A DNA stretch of 64,000 nucleotides from Candidatus Altimarinota bacterium (GCA_965231215.1 OZ246423.1:160001-224000); one strand, 5' to 3'; positions 1 through 10,187 are shown, numbered from the stretch's first letter. Numbers and translations: made by a program. Notes: generated by a model not told the origin, from the sequence alone.

Positions 1-394
1 CATAAACGTCATACTTATCCCCTACTTCATCTTCAATTAAGCAGACCCTAGTCTCATCTTCTAAAAGTAATTTTAATTTTCTCCCAGCCTCGATAGCAAA
101 GGGCTGGATAGCCGTCCCTTTTCTTTTACTTTCCGGCGTATCAATCCCGATCATTCGAACCCGAATTCTATCCTTTTCATCCTGAACGATAAGCGTATCT
201 CCATCTACTACTCGTTCTAAATCAAACCACTCACAATCGATTTTGAAATTTTGGGAAATCCAATTATTTTTAGAACTAATTTTTTGTTCTTGTTCAGTAT
301 TTTTATTCAATAAAAAGCTGTCTAAATCCTTCCCCTGATTAAAATTACAACCAAATAAAAACAGGCTTAAAATAGATAAACAAAAAAATTTCAT
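1..394 (-). CDS. Thermonuclease (SNase/staphylococcal nuclease family) lipoprotein, 3' end outside window
   Basis: Not in ORF track. Manual translation from ATG at 394: MKFFCLSILSLFLFGC (lipobox)...RVVDGDTL...RVRMIGIDTPE...DKYDVY. These are SNase motifs; the frame is open to the window edge. Confidence 0.9.
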   Translation of the reverse strand, partial: MKFFCLSILSLFLFGCNFNQGKDLDSFLLNKNTEQEQKISSKNNWISQNFKIDCEWFDLERVVDGDTLIVQDEKDRIRVRMIGIDTPESKRKGTAIQPFAIEAGRKLKLLLEDETRVCLIEDEVGDKYDVY

Positions 395-479
395 ATGCTC
401 AAAATTTATTTAAATAAAACAAACGTGCAACCCACTTCAAAAAAATATAAACTTGTCCCTATAGCGTAAAACATATCTT

Positions 480-2033
480 ATGAACTGGATTCTCAAAAAA
501 CTCGACAAAGCCTTACTCACCCCCATTAAAGCTATTAAAAAACGCTATATCCCCCTCCTCCTCATCTATTTTGCCTATGGAGCTCAAGGATTAACGGCCA
601 TAGCTCTCACTTTTTGGGAAAAAGAAAATCTGAGCTTAAGCGCTGAACAGCTGGTTTCTATCACTGTATGGGTAAGTCTCCCTTGGACTATAAAAATGAT
701 TTTTGGGCAACTCGTTGATGTTGTTCCCCTCTGCGGGTCAAAAAGAAAAGCCTACGTATACCTAGGAGCAGGACTCATGGCGTTGGGGTATTTAATGCTC
801 TATGGAATGGCTACCGAAAACCCAGGCATTACCTGGATAGGCAGTCAGTTTAATATGTACCTAGCTTCTAGCTTGGTAATGGTACTGGGTTTCCTGATCC
901 AAGACGTAACCGCCGATGCTATGAGTACTGAAGTAGTAGATCGAAACCAAAAAGAATCGGCTATAAAAAAGGAACTCACACTCATACAAATCCTAGGCCG
1001 CCTAAGCCTTATGATTGCCGCTGCTGTAGTCGCTGGACTCAGCGGTTATTTAGCCGATAAATTTACGTATGAACAAGTATTCCTAATAGCGCTGATTATT
1101 CCTGTCATTTCCGTTGTTGGCGCCACCTTTGTAAAACTCGAGACTTCCAAAGAAAAATCTACCTTCGATATTAATATCCTTGGAGGAGGAATTGCCTTTG
1201 CCATATTTACCATAGCGATGGCTTTTAGCTCTGTGCCTTATTCCCAAGAAATAGTCCTAATAGTATCTTTTGGGTTACTCTCTTTTATGCTTCGCTCTAT
1301 TCTGAAAGGCCAAGACAAAAGTTTAGTGCAGGCTATTGTTCTCACCTTTGCCGTCCTTTTTATTTTCAGAGCCACTCCCAGCGTAGGCCCAGGGTACAAT
1401 TGGTGGGCGATTGATGTACTTGGGTTTGACGAAATGTTTTTTGGTCTACTCAAACAAATCAGCTCTGTTACTGCTTTAGTCGTACTTTGGCTCATTGCAG
1501 ATTATATTGCCAGTCGGCCAGTCAAGGCCGTATTACTACTATTAATCGTGGTAGAGTTACTCTTCGATATGCCTAACTTGATGCTGTACTACCAATTGCA
1601 TGAAGTAATGGGTATATCGGCCCGAACTATGGCTCTGTTTGATACCGCTGTTGAAGCTCCGTTAGTACATATCTCTATGATTCCAATGTTGGCTCTTATT
1701 GCCTATTATGCTCCCGTCGGGAAAAGGGCTACCTGGTTTGCCGTTGCCGCTAGCTTTATGAACTTAGCCTTGAGCACAAGAGAAATTTTCACCAAATATC
1801 TAAATCAGTTGTTCATTATAAGTCGAGAAACCAAAGATGCTGAAGGCCATATCGTTACCCCTCAAGACTATTCTGAACTCGGGATGCTGCTTTGGAGTGC
1901 TATCTTAATTTCATTTTTTGTCCCACTTATAGCCGTTCTAGTACTGCTAAAAGATCCCGAAAAACCAAGTCAATTTAATTGGGTAAACCGCATATTCCGA
2001 ATATTTGGACGACGAAATGAGCCTATAAACTAA
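480..2033 (+). CDS. MFS transporter, BT1/folate-biopterin transporter (FBT)-like
   Basis: About 12 hydrophobic segments; YFAYGAQGL, LPWTIKMIFGQLVD..P, QDVTADAM motifs typical of the BT1 family. Confidence 0.75.
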   Translation: MNWILKKLDKALLTPIKAIKKRYIPLLLIYFAYGAQGLTAIALTFWEKENLSLSAEQLVSITVWVSLPWTIKMIFGQLVDVVPLCGSKRKAYVYLGAGLMALGYLMLYGMATENPGITWIGSQFNMYLASSLVMVLGFLIQDVTADAMSTEVVDRNQKESAIKKELTLIQILGRLSLMIAAAVVAGLSGYLADKFTYEQVFLIALIIPVISVVGATFVKLETSKEKSTFDINILGGGIAFAIFTIAMAFSSVPYSQEIVLIVSFGLLSFMLRSILKGQDKSLVQAIVLTFAVLFIFRATPSVGPGYNWWAIDVLGFDEMFFGLLKQISSVTALVVLWLIADYIASRPVKAVLLLLIVVELLFDMPNLMLYYQLHEVMGISARTMALFDTAVEAPLVHISMIPMLALIAYYAPVGKRATWFAVAASFMNLALSTREIFTKYLNQLFIISRETKDAEGHIVTPQDYSELGMLLWSAILISFFVPLIAVLVLLKDPEKPSQFNWVNRIFRIFGRRNEPIN

Positions 2034-2706
2034 TAGTTACCTCTTTCCATTCACCAGGTTTTAAAGCCCCTAACTCAACGTCTCCAAATCGGACTCTAAG
2101 GAGATCTAAAACTTGGTAATCTAATTTCCCACACATACGACGAATCTGTCGGTTACGCCCCTCTTTTAATATAATACTAAAGACACTCGCCTCCACTACA
2201 GAACATTTACAAGGCGCTGTTGGTTTTCCTTCTATATCTAACCCTTGCTCCATTTTTGAACAAAATTTTTGATCAATCTTTTTGTGCACTGATACTAAAT
2301 ATTCTTTCTCTTTTTGATAGCGTGGGTGCATCAGTTTATTAGCTAAATCCCCATCATTGGTGAGCAATAATAACCCCTGTGAATCTTTATCTAAACGCCC
2401 AATAGGAAAAACCCTTCCTACTCCAAAATCCACATTAGCAAGAGTCATTACCCCTTCAATCGATTTAAGTGTCGTTTCCATCCCCAAAGGTTTATAAAAA
2501 GCTAAAACAATAGGCTGCACTTCATGAGTAATATCCAGTAATTCCCCATCCAAATAAATATTTTCGGTTCCATCAACTCTATCGCCTAGACTTACCAAAT
2601 CACCATTTACTTTAAGCCTTTTTTTACGGATAAAGTCTTCTACCTGACGTCTAGAAAAAAGCCCCTTTTGAGATAAAAACTTTTGGATACGAATTTTTTC
2701 TACCAT
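2023..2706 (-). CDS. rRNA pseudouridine synthase, RsuA/RluB/RluF family (S4 + catalytic domain)
   Basis: RIQKFLS..G..SRR S4 domain; GRLDKDSQGLLLLTNDG catalytic motif; EGRNRQIRRM. Confidence 0.93.
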   Translation of the reverse strand: MVEKIRIQKFLSQKGLFSRRQVEDFIRKKRLKVNGDLVSLGDRVDGTENIYLDGELLDITHEVQPIVLAFYKPLGMETTLKSIEGVMTLANVDFGVGRVFPIGRLDKDSQGLLLLTNDGDLANKLMHPRYQKEKEYLVSVHKKIDQKFCSKMEQGLDIEGKPTAPCKCSVVEASVFSIILKEGRNRQIRRMCGKLDYQVLDLLRVRFGDVELGALKPGEWKEVTISL

Positions 2707-2814
2707 GACAATATTAACTCTATTAAAAAATAGCCAAAACTAAAGTATTGACGAATAAAAAGACACACAACTACCAGATGTCATACTTTAAAGTAAAGCA
2801 AGCTAAAAAAAACT

Positions 2815-4206
2815 TCAGCCTCGACGTAAAAACCCAAGCATAAAGAGCGCTCCCAGAATAATCGCTACTCCTAAAGCGACGACTTTTGTAGATCCTCCAG
2901 ATTGAACCAGCTTGGTAGAAAAAGTCAAACTCGCTCCATAAGACTCATTATCACTCGTATCAATAGTTACCAGTCTCACTTGATAGTTTTGATTTGAAGT
3001 TACATCAAGCTCCGTGCTGGTAGCATTTTTACCCAAAGAATATCCCTGATCCCAAGTTCCTAAACCTACACGAGTATAAAGCACTTGGTCCTTAATATCT
3101 CCATCGATGTCTACCGCTGGAGTCCAGTTTAAAGTTACTTTATTTTTAACCTGAGCTTCTCTGGTATCTACCGATAACCCTCGAGCATCTTGAGGAGGAT
3201 TTTGATCTCCAGTTTGTGGTGCTGAAGATCTTGGTGTCTCTTCAGGAAAGCTATCTGGAACATTAAAATCTACAGAATTATTAATATCGCTTGGCTGTTC
3301 CAAAAAGGAATCCAAAAAATCAAACTCTTCATCCTCAGGAATAAGTACTTCATCATTCTCTCTATCTTCATCAAGCAGTATAGCTTCAATCGGATCAACG
3401 CTATTTTCTTCCTCAGTGTTAGTATTTACTTCTGGTTCTTCTATTACCGCTGGGGGCAATTCGCTTTCAAAGCTGACCTTAGCAATAAATTTAACTGTAT
3501 CGGTAATCCCTGAACTTACAGGGTTCCCTTCTAAATCCGTCACTCCAGAAGTAGCGGTAATTCGGTAAGGTCTTCCCGGCATAAGACTTCCTTCCTCTAC
3601 AAAAAGAGTCAATTTCTCTGAGTTTAGGCGCGTATCTAAGATCAGAATCTCAGATTCGTTTGCGTCATCATTTAACAAAAAGGCATCAGTCTTACTATCA
3701 ACCTGAACGGTTTCGGACATAGTCACCACAATCTCAGTAGGCGCAATATGTTCAGCTGACTGTACACTTGGAGATTGCCCATCGCCTTCTCCAGAAGTAC
3801 TCCCCGCACCGGCAATCGGGGTAGCTGAAACTTCCAACGAGTAATTAAGGGATTCATTCTGCTGATCATCCAACGCCGTCACGGCAAAGAAATAAGATTG
3901 TCCATTCAACAAATCCTCAACTGTAAACTCCGTATCATCTGTATCTAAAGGTATTTCTGCATCATACGCATCCCCTTCGGCAATTACCGCAGAAGTCCCA
4001 TAGTAAACTTTATACCCAGCAATAACCCCATCAGCATCATCCGCTTCATCCCAAGCAAGCAACACAGAGGCATCTAATGGAGTCGCTCTCAAATTTTCTA
4101 CATCCCCTGGCGGTTCAAGCTCTTGAGCAAAAACGTGGGATACCAACAATACCCCCATGATGAAGATTTTTAGAAAGGACTGAGAAACAAATTGATTTAT
4201 ACGCAT
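2815..4206 (-). CDS. Secreted/surface fibronectin type III + Ig-like protein with acidic linker and C-terminal membrane anchor
   Basis: Signal peptide; FN3 motifs (LAWD...GYKVYYG...LLNGQSYFFAVTALD; LNWTP...YQVRLVTID); VTDLEGNP Ig-like motif; C-terminal LVQSG + hydrophobic helix + RRG. Confidence 0.8.
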   Translation of the reverse strand: MRINQFVSQSFLKIFIMGVLLVSHVFAQELEPPGDVENLRATPLDASVLLAWDEADDADGVIAGYKVYYGTSAVIAEGDAYDAEIPLDTDDTEFTVEDLLNGQSYFFAVTALDDQQNESLNYSLEVSATPIAGAGSTSGEGDGQSPSVQSAEHIAPTEIVVTMSETVQVDSKTDAFLLNDDANESEILILDTRLNSEKLTLFVEEGSLMPGRPYRITATSGVTDLEGNPVSSGITDTVKFIAKVSFESELPPAVIEEPEVNTNTEEENSVDPIEAILLDEDRENDEVLIPEDEEFDFLDSFLEQPSDINNSVDFNVPDSFPEETPRSSAPQTGDQNPPQDARGLSVDTREAQVKNKVTLNWTPAVDIDGDIKDQVLYTRVGLGTWDQGYSLGKNATSTELDVTSNQNYQVRLVTIDTSDNESYGASLTFSTKLVQSGGSTKVVALGVAIILGALFMLGFLRRG

Positions 4207-4224
4207 AGATCAGGTTCAATTCTA

Positions 4225-6705
4225 CTACTTTGCAAAAATTTGAACAACATAAAATTCGCCATCTTCATTCTGGGCTAACCCAACGCCCATTCTGCGCCAT
4301 CTAGAAGCCAAAATATTCTTTCTATGTGAAGCAGAATTTTCAAGCCCAGACAAGGCTAAGTTAAGACTAGAACCAAAGCTCAAATTTTCGGCAAAAGACG
4401 TTACTTCAATTCCTTCCAAACGATCTGATACATCCTCACCTTGTGGATCTGTATGCGCAATAAAGTCTTCATCCGCCATTCTCTGAGCGTAAGCTTGAGC
4501 TACATTTCTAAGCTTTACATCTGGCACTAATTCAGACTGCCCATTTCTAAATCGGATGCGGTTAATCCAATCATAGACAGCCTTACTACTATTAACTTTT
4601 ACCACTGTTTGAGTCCGCGTAAATACTGGCAAAACTTTTGCATCATTAAAGTAAATAGCTCGATTAAATAAAATTTCTCCCTTAGTTGAAACCATTTCAA
4701 CCGCATACATTCCCATCTTCTTGGGCTGAAACCAAAAATTAAACCAGTCACCGTTTTTACTCAAAGATAAGGTATCTACTTCTCCATCAGGATTAATAAT
4801 AAAGACCTCTTCAGGCAACTCTATATCTGGATCCAAAATCTTTCCTTCCACCTTTATGGGTTTGAGAGTGCGATAATAACGCTGAAAATCTTTAACCGAA
4901 ATACCTTTGACCTCAGCATCTGGAAACCCCTGTATAAGCTCTAGGTTTTCAAAAGTTACCTTTTTCCAGTTAGTAAACTGTTTATCCAAAGTCCCATCTT
5001 CAGACTCAGCTTGAAACACATCAATCGCTAAATTTTGTCCCTCTCTAAAAGCACGAAAAAACTCATAATCAAAATCAAAGTGGCTCATCCCATGAGTAAA
5101 TAGAGCTCTTTCAATTTTATTTTTTTGTGTAAATTCAAATTTAGTTAAACGATTTGGAGCACTAGACCATCGGAACCAAATTTTTTCATCTTCAGGCACT
5201 AAACTCAACTCCAAATCAGAACTAAATCGAATATCGCTAGATGGATATTTTCTTTCTCGAGGATAATCCACTACCTCAACTGGCGCTACCCGAGATTGTC
5301 TTTGTGCATCAAATACAATCCCCATATCAAATTTTCCTCGCTTGAAAAAACTCACCGGCACCGAAAAGTTTTTACCAGAAAGATTGCTTTTAAAGTGGTC
5401 TTGCTCACTCCCTCCTTGTGGCTGAATAAAGACCGTCACCTCACTAAAATTGTCTTCCAAAAGCGACCTCCCCCGCACCGGAGTTACGAGCCCTTTAATC
5501 ACTTTCTCAGGAATTACATGGCGCAGTTCAATATCAGGAAAGAAGGTTTTTCCAGAAGCACCTACCGTTTCCAAAAAGAGTGGTTGATTAAATAATGCAG
5601 ACCTTTTAGGGGCTTCTTCAACCGTATCAAATACATCCGAAGTTAGCTGATCTTTGATCGTTTCAGGAATCACGTGACGTCTCGATTCAGACTCTAAATT
5701 TGGTCTAATTTGTTCTGGGAGTGGACTTTTTTCATCTTGAGGGTCATTAAACACCTCAAACTCTACATGGATCACCCCACTAGAAATAGGCGCCAGTTCC
5801 TCAAACGCTTTTTGGGATAAATCTAGTACTCTATTTTTATGATAAGGCCCTCGGTCATTAATACGCACTACTACAAAGTCTCCGTTGTCTCTATACACTT
5901 TCAAACGAGTCCCAAATGGAAGCGTCCTATGAGCCGCCGTAAGATCAGTAGGATCATAAATTTCTCCACTAGCAGTAGGTTTTTGGGCGAATCCTTCGTT
6001 ATAATAACTGGCTTTTCCAAAACCTGAAAAGAGGTATTTATAAGTAAAGTCATTCTCCGCTACCTTGATGGTTCGATAAATAATTTCTGCTACCTCTCCA
6101 CGAGAAAGTAGTTGGTTAGGGGTATCATCCTTTGGCAGTAATCTAAATTCTTTAGCTCTATTAAAATAAGGTTCATACCATACTTGGGTGTCTGTCGGTT
6201 CGGGCACTTCTACCTCGAAGGTTTCTAAAAGCATTTTCAAAAAACCCGCTCGGGTTACCTTGGCCCCAGGATAAAAATTACCATCTGGAAACCCTTTCAC
6301 TATCTCAAGCTCTGCAGCGGTATTCACATAAGGATAAAACCAATACGCTTTAATAACATCTGGGAAAGCAGATTCCGTTTCCATAGATAAAGGAAGGTTA
6401 GCCGAAAGCAGTAAAATTTTGAGCGCTTCTGCCCGGTTAATTTTTTCTAGAGGTTTAAAATTTTGTTTGCCTTCAACTGTATGGCCTTTGACAACATCAT
6501 TTTGCCGCAAATATTCAATCGCATGAAAATAGGGGTGAGTGACATCTACATCCAAAAAGGCCGCTTTAGCAGATGGCAGGCTCACAAAGAGCAAACCAAG
6601 AACTAAAGCTAACCCAGTAAGCTTAGATAAATTGATTTTAAAAACGAAAAAGCCTCTGAGATAAGGGTATTTGATCAATGTGCATTCGAAAAAATTTTTC
6701 AGCAT
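4225..6705 (-). CDS. Multidomain surface protein: SLH repeats + RlpA-like (DPBB) lytic transglycosylase + C-terminal CAP/SCP domain
   Basis: SLH motifs (FKPLEKINRAEALK, GFPDGNFYPGAKVTRA); RlpA motifs ASYY, TAAHRTLPFGT, VRINDRGPY, LDLS; CAP motifs AHTDPQG, AENL, SASHRKNIL, YVVQIF. Start moved to ATG 6705 just after the ndk stop; the exact start is uncertain. Confidence 0.85.
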   Translation of the reverse strand: MLKNFFECTLIKYPYLRGFFVFKINLSKLTGLALVLGLLFVSLPSAKAAFLDVDVTHPYFHAIEYLRQNDVVKGHTVEGKQNFKPLEKINRAEALKILLLSANLPLSMETESAFPDVIKAYWFYPYVNTAAELEIVKGFPDGNFYPGAKVTRAGFLKMLLETFEVEVPEPTDTQVWYEPYFNRAKEFRLLPKDDTPNQLLSRGEVAEIIYRTIKVAENDFTYKYLFSGFGKASYYNEGFAQKPTASGEIYDPTDLTAAHRTLPFGTRLKVYRDNGDFVVVRINDRGPYHKNRVLDLSQKAFEELAPISSGVIHVEFEVFNDPQDEKSPLPEQIRPNLESESRRHVIPETIKDQLTSDVFDTVEEAPKRSALFNQPLFLETVGASGKTFFPDIELRHVIPEKVIKGLVTPVRGRSLLEDNFSEVTVFIQPQGGSEQDHFKSNLSGKNFSVPVSFFKRGKFDMGIVFDAQRQSRVAPVEVVDYPRERKYPSSDIRFSSDLELSLVPEDEKIWFRWSSAPNRLTKFEFTQKNKIERALFTHGMSHFDFDYEFFRAFREGQNLAIDVFQAESEDGTLDKQFTNWKKVTFENLELIQGFPDAEVKGISVKDFQRYYRTLKPIKVEGKILDPDIELPEEVFIINPDGEVDTLSLSKNGDWFNFWFQPKKMGMYAVEMVSTKGEILFNRAIYFNDAKVLPVFTRTQTVVKVNSSKAVYDWINRIRFRNGQSELVPDVKLRNVAQAYAQRMADEDFIAHTDPQGEDVSDRLEGIEVTSFAENLSFGSSLNLALSGLENSASHRKNILASRWRRMGVGLAQNEDGEFYVVQIFAK

Positions 6706-6709
6706 TTTT

Positions 6710-7177
6710 TTAGTCTTTTTTATCACATTGAGCATACACACTCTTCCACTCTTCCTTATCATATTCAAAAAGCTCAGTCTCAAGAAAAAAACGATTGATC
6801 TCCCGAGTCGCTGTGGCTTCCGAATCTGAACTATGAATAAGATTTTTCTGACTCGAAGAAGAAAAATCACCACGAATTGTTCCAAATTCAAAGTTATCAG
6901 TGCCCGATAGCTTTCGTACAATTTCAACTGCATTTAGGCCTTCAAGACACATCACTAGCACTGGGGAAGAGCTCATAAACTGAGCTAATTCTGCAAAAAA
7001 AGGGCGATCCACCACATGAGCATAATGCTCGCGTAAAACCGCATCCTTAAGCTGCATCATTTTAAAGCCAACAATCTTGAGTCCTTTGGACTCAAAACGA
7101 TCAACCATTTTTCCAATCAAACCACGCTGTACAGCATCTGGTTTAATAATCACGAGACTTCTTTGCATTTCATACAT
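6710..7177 (-). CDS. ndk: Nucleoside diphosphate kinase
   Basis: IIKPDAVQRGLIG, HYA, PFF, GTIRGDF, NLIHSSDS (catalytic His). Confidence 0.96.
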   Translation of the reverse strand: MYEMQRSLVIIKPDAVQRGLIGKMVDRFESKGLKIVGFKMMQLKDAVLREHYAHVVDRPFFAELAQFMSSSPVLVMCLEGLNAVEIVRKLSGTDNFEFGTIRGDFSSSSQKNLIHSSDSEATATREINRFFLETELFEYDKEEWKSVYAQCDKKD

Positions 7178-7196
7178 CTTTAATAGGGTAAAAGAA

Positions 7197-7244
7197 AAAG
7201 CGAATGAGTTTTATATTCAATATAGTAAAAATTTCATTCGCTTT
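7197..7244 (-). terminator. Inverted repeat / probable intrinsic terminator after ssb
   Basis: AAAGCGAATGA...TCATTCGCTTT 11-bp stem followed on the minus strand by a T-rich tail. Confidence 0.55.
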
Positions 7245-7258
7245 GAATTAGTTTAAAT

Positions 7259-7726
7259 TTAGAATGGTAAATCTTCTGGATCAATTTCATCCAGAGAGTC
7301 TGTCTTTGAGGCTTCTGTAACTGAAGCCTTGCCGGCCGAATCAGTATCACTTGAATTATCAGCACTCGTGTACGCATCCTCCCCAGCACCACCATTTCGT
7401 GGGCTTAGAATAATCATATCATTAGCTACAATTTCAGTCCGGTAGTGTTTCACTCCTCCTTCATCTTCCCAATTACGAGTTTGCAACCGCCCTTCAAAAA
7501 AGACTTTTACTCCTTTTTTTAGGTGTTCAGCACAAATTTCAGCCAATTTTCCCCAACATACAATATTGTGATATTCAGCCTCATCACGTTTTTGACCACT
7601 AGAATCAGTCCAGTAACGGTTAGTCGCAACACCGACCGTACAAACAGATTGTCCTCCCGTGGTTTTTTTGAGTTCTGGGTCACGAGTCAAGTTCCCAATT
7701 ACCTGCGCTTTGTTCAAAGAATTCAT
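7259..7726 (-). CDS. ssb: Single-stranded DNA-binding protein
   Basis: LNKAQVIGNLTRDPE, EGRLQTRNW, acidic tail ending DLPF. Confidence 0.97.
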   Translation of the reverse strand: MNSLNKAQVIGNLTRDPELKKTTGGQSVCTVGVATNRYWTDSSGQKRDEAEYHNIVCWGKLAEICAEHLKKGVKVFFEGRLQTRNWEDEGGVKHYRTEIVANDMIILSPRNGGAGEDAYTSADNSSDTDSAGKASVTEASKTDSLDEIDPEDLPF

Positions 7727-7821
7727 CCTACTTATCGATTAAAAAATACATGACGCCGAATGATTCTAAAACATTTAAAGTCGCCTCCAAATGATTTCAA
7801 TTGACAGATTTATTAAAAATT

Positions 7822-8277
7822 TTATGACTGTTCAAATTCAGATACTTTGTCTAACCGTCTTTGATGACGCCCGCCTTCAAATTCAGTTAAGAGCCATAAT
7901 TTAACCGCTTCACTTGCAAAATCTGGACTCACAAACCGAGCTCCAAAAGAAAGTACATTAGCATTATTGTGAGTTCGAGAAAGTTCTACCAAATCCATAT
8001 TCTCAGTATTAATCACAGCCGCACGAATACCTTTAACTTTGTTAGCCGCCAGGGCTTCCCCCTGACCAGAACCTCCAAAGACAATGCCCATAGCGTCCTT
8101 GGTCTCAATTACTTTTTGAGCTGTCGGGATTATAAAATCTGGATAATCACAGCTTTCTGGACTCTCGCATCCCATGTCTACAACTTCGTGCCCTTCAAAA
8201 ACTAAAACATCCCTGATAACTTCCTTGAGTTCATATCCCGCATGATCAGTTCCTAAAAATATCTTCATCGCGCGCAT
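7822..8277 (-). CDS. rpiB: Ribose-5-phosphate isomerase B (RpiB/LacAB family)
   Basis: DHAGYELK, DYPD, GGSGQGEALAANK (Mycobacterium-like Glu type), HNNANVL, FEGGRHQRR. Confidence 0.93.
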   Translation of the reverse strand: MRAMKIFLGTDHAGYELKEVIRDVLVFEGHEVVDMGCESPESCDYPDFIIPTAQKVIETKDAMGIVFGGSGQGEALAANKVKGIRAAVINTENMDLVELSRTHNNANVLSFGARFVSPDFASEAVKLWLLTEFEGGRHQRRLDKVSEFEQS

Positions 8278-8278
8278 T

Positions 8279-9406
8279 CTAAATATGTTTCTCCAAAAAC
8301 TGAATTAAATTTGTCTGAAAATTTTTCACACTAAATTTTTCGGCTCTGCGTTTTATTTTTTTTGAACTAAATTTTTGCTCAATTTTAATAAATTTATCAA
8401 GAGCCTTTTGCAGCGATTTGGGCGTTTGTGAGGTAAAAAACAATCCTGTATCGGAGGTAACTGACTCTGTCACACCGCCTTTCCCATACCCTATAACTGG
8501 CACTCCTGCGGCCATTGCTTCGACAGGCGTAAGTCCAAAATCTTCTTCGGCTGGGAACACAAAACCTCTCGCTCCTGCATATAAATCAGGCAACTCTTTA
8601 TCTGCTACAAATCCCAAAAACTCAATATTATCAACCCCTTCAGCTAAAGCTTTGCAACGTTTAAGTTCTGGTCCAATCCCGGCTAATTTGAGGGGTAAGC
8701 CATTTTTTTTAAAGGTTTCGATAAGCAGATCAAACTTCTTGTAAGGAATAAATCGTCCGAGAGCTAAAAAATAAGTTTTTTCCCTAGGCGGTTTCGATTT
8801 CAAAAATTTTTCTATGTCCGTACACGGATAAATAGTGGTAGATTCACGGTCATAGTATTTTTTAATTCGCTGACCTATAAAATCAGAATTACTAATAAAA
8901 TAATCTATAGCTTTTGCTGCAGCTAGATCTTTTGGGGTTACAAAATTTAGTATAAAAGGGAGTACCCACTTAGCAGGTTTTGCCCACCAAGGGAGTGGAT
9001 ATGAGTCAATATACTCATCCCGTGCATGATACAGATATCGAGTTGGACTATGACAGTAACAAATATGGATTTGATTATCCCTAGATTTTTTAACACACTT
9101 TGCAAAGGCCGAACTAGAACTAATAATAATATCCGCCTCACTCAAATCCAAAGCCGCAAAAGCTCCGGGGAAAAACGGAAGCAAAAACTGATGTTTTTTA
9201 CGAAATATAAAAGGAAGTTTTTGAAGCCACGTAGTGCGAATACGATCTTCGTATTTTTTAAGTGCGGGGATAGCCCCGCTGCTGTACACCGAAGTATAAA
9301 TCAAAGCTTTCGGAAACATCTCAGCCAAAGCTACAATAACCTGCTCTGCTCCGCCTTGGTTCGTCAACCAATCAGCAATAATTACAACTTTTTTATCTTT
9401 TAACAT
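8279..9406 (-). CDS. Glycosyltransferase family 4
   Basis: DWLTNQGGAE, YCHSPTRY, EDFGLTPVEAMAAG; ATG at 9406 preferred over upstream TTG. Confidence 0.92.
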   Translation of the reverse strand: MLKDKKVVIIADWLTNQGGAEQVIVALAEMFPKALIYTSVYSSGAIPALKKYEDRIRTTWLQKLPFIFRKKHQFLLPFFPGAFAALDLSEADIIISSSSAFAKCVKKSRDNQIHICYCHSPTRYLYHARDEYIDSYPLPWWAKPAKWVLPFILNFVTPKDLAAAKAIDYFISNSDFIGQRIKKYYDRESTTIYPCTDIEKFLKSKPPREKTYFLALGRFIPYKKFDLLIETFKKNGLPLKLAGIGPELKRCKALAEGVDNIEFLGFVADKELPDLYAGARGFVFPAEEDFGLTPVEAMAAGVPVIGYGKGGVTESVTSDTGLFFTSQTPKSLQKALDKFIKIEQKFSSKKIKRRAEKFSVKNFQTNLIQFLEKHI

Positions 9407-10187
9407 TCGTTTCAACCTTAACTGATTTGGGAGATCTAATCCATGTGATCATAACAAAACTAATAAACATTAAGAGATACCAAGAGCCTATTTTTTCATA
9501 CGAAACTATTCGCCATCCCTCTAGCTGTTCTGGATAAAACCAAGCCGAAGAAAAGGTGCCAACATTTTCGGCCAACCAAATAAATAAAGTAACTAACAAA
9601 AACCCCAAAAGAAGCGGCATCTTATAATAAGTATCGGTTACCTTATAATAGATATGAGTTCTAAAATAGAGATAAAATAGAAAAACAAAAAGTACATATC
9701 GAATATCAGGCAAAAAGTGATGACTAAAAAAGTTTATATACACAAGCACTCCCAAAAGACTCGTCATCCAAATAGCCGGATAACCGATAAATTTAAATTC
9801 AAAAATACGCCATACTCTGGCGAGGTAACTCCCCACTGCCGCATACATAAAACCCGAAAAAAGCGGCACGCCCATAATCCGCATAATGTTTTCTTCCGGG
9901 TAACTCCAAGAGCCTATCCCTTCACTAGTTTTGAATATCTCCATACAGGTTCCCACAAGGTGAAACAAAAAAATAATTTTAGCTTCTTCAAAGGTTTCTA
10001 ACTTAAACAACAGCAAACAAACCTGAGTACACACCGCCACCAAAAATAAAAAATCATACCGTGAAAGAGATTCCAGTGGATAGTAAAAACCCGTTACCAA
10101 AATAAAGAACAAAAGTATCCCTCCAAACACACAGGCCCACGCTTGCTTTAATCCAAAAATCCAAAAATCGTACATTAATTTCTTCAT
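9393..10187 (-). CDS. DUF817 (YoaT-like) membrane protein
   Basis: FGLKQAWACVFGG, FHLVGTCMEIFKT, GSWSYPE, VPLFSGFMYAAVGSY, FIWLAEN. Confidence 0.85.
   Translation of the reverse strand: MKKLMYDFWIFGLKQAWACVFGGILLFFILVTGFYYPLESLSRYDFLFLVAVCTQVCLLLFKLETFEEAKIIFLFHLVGTCMEIFKTSEGIGSWSYPEENIMRIMGVPLFSGFMYAAVGSYLARVWRIFEFKFIGYPAIWMTSLLGVLVYINFFSHHFLPDIRYVLFVFLFYLYFRTHIYYKVTDTYYKMPLLLGFLLVTLFIWLAENVGTFSSAWFYPEQLEGWRIVSYEKIGSWYLLMFISFVMITWIRSPKSVKVETNVKR

Noticed and set aside
6706-6933. N-terminal extension of the 902-aa ORF overlapping ndk
   Set aside because: It overlaps a bona fide ndk on the same strand; the signal-like segment begins downstream and an ATG at 6705 follows the ndk stop.
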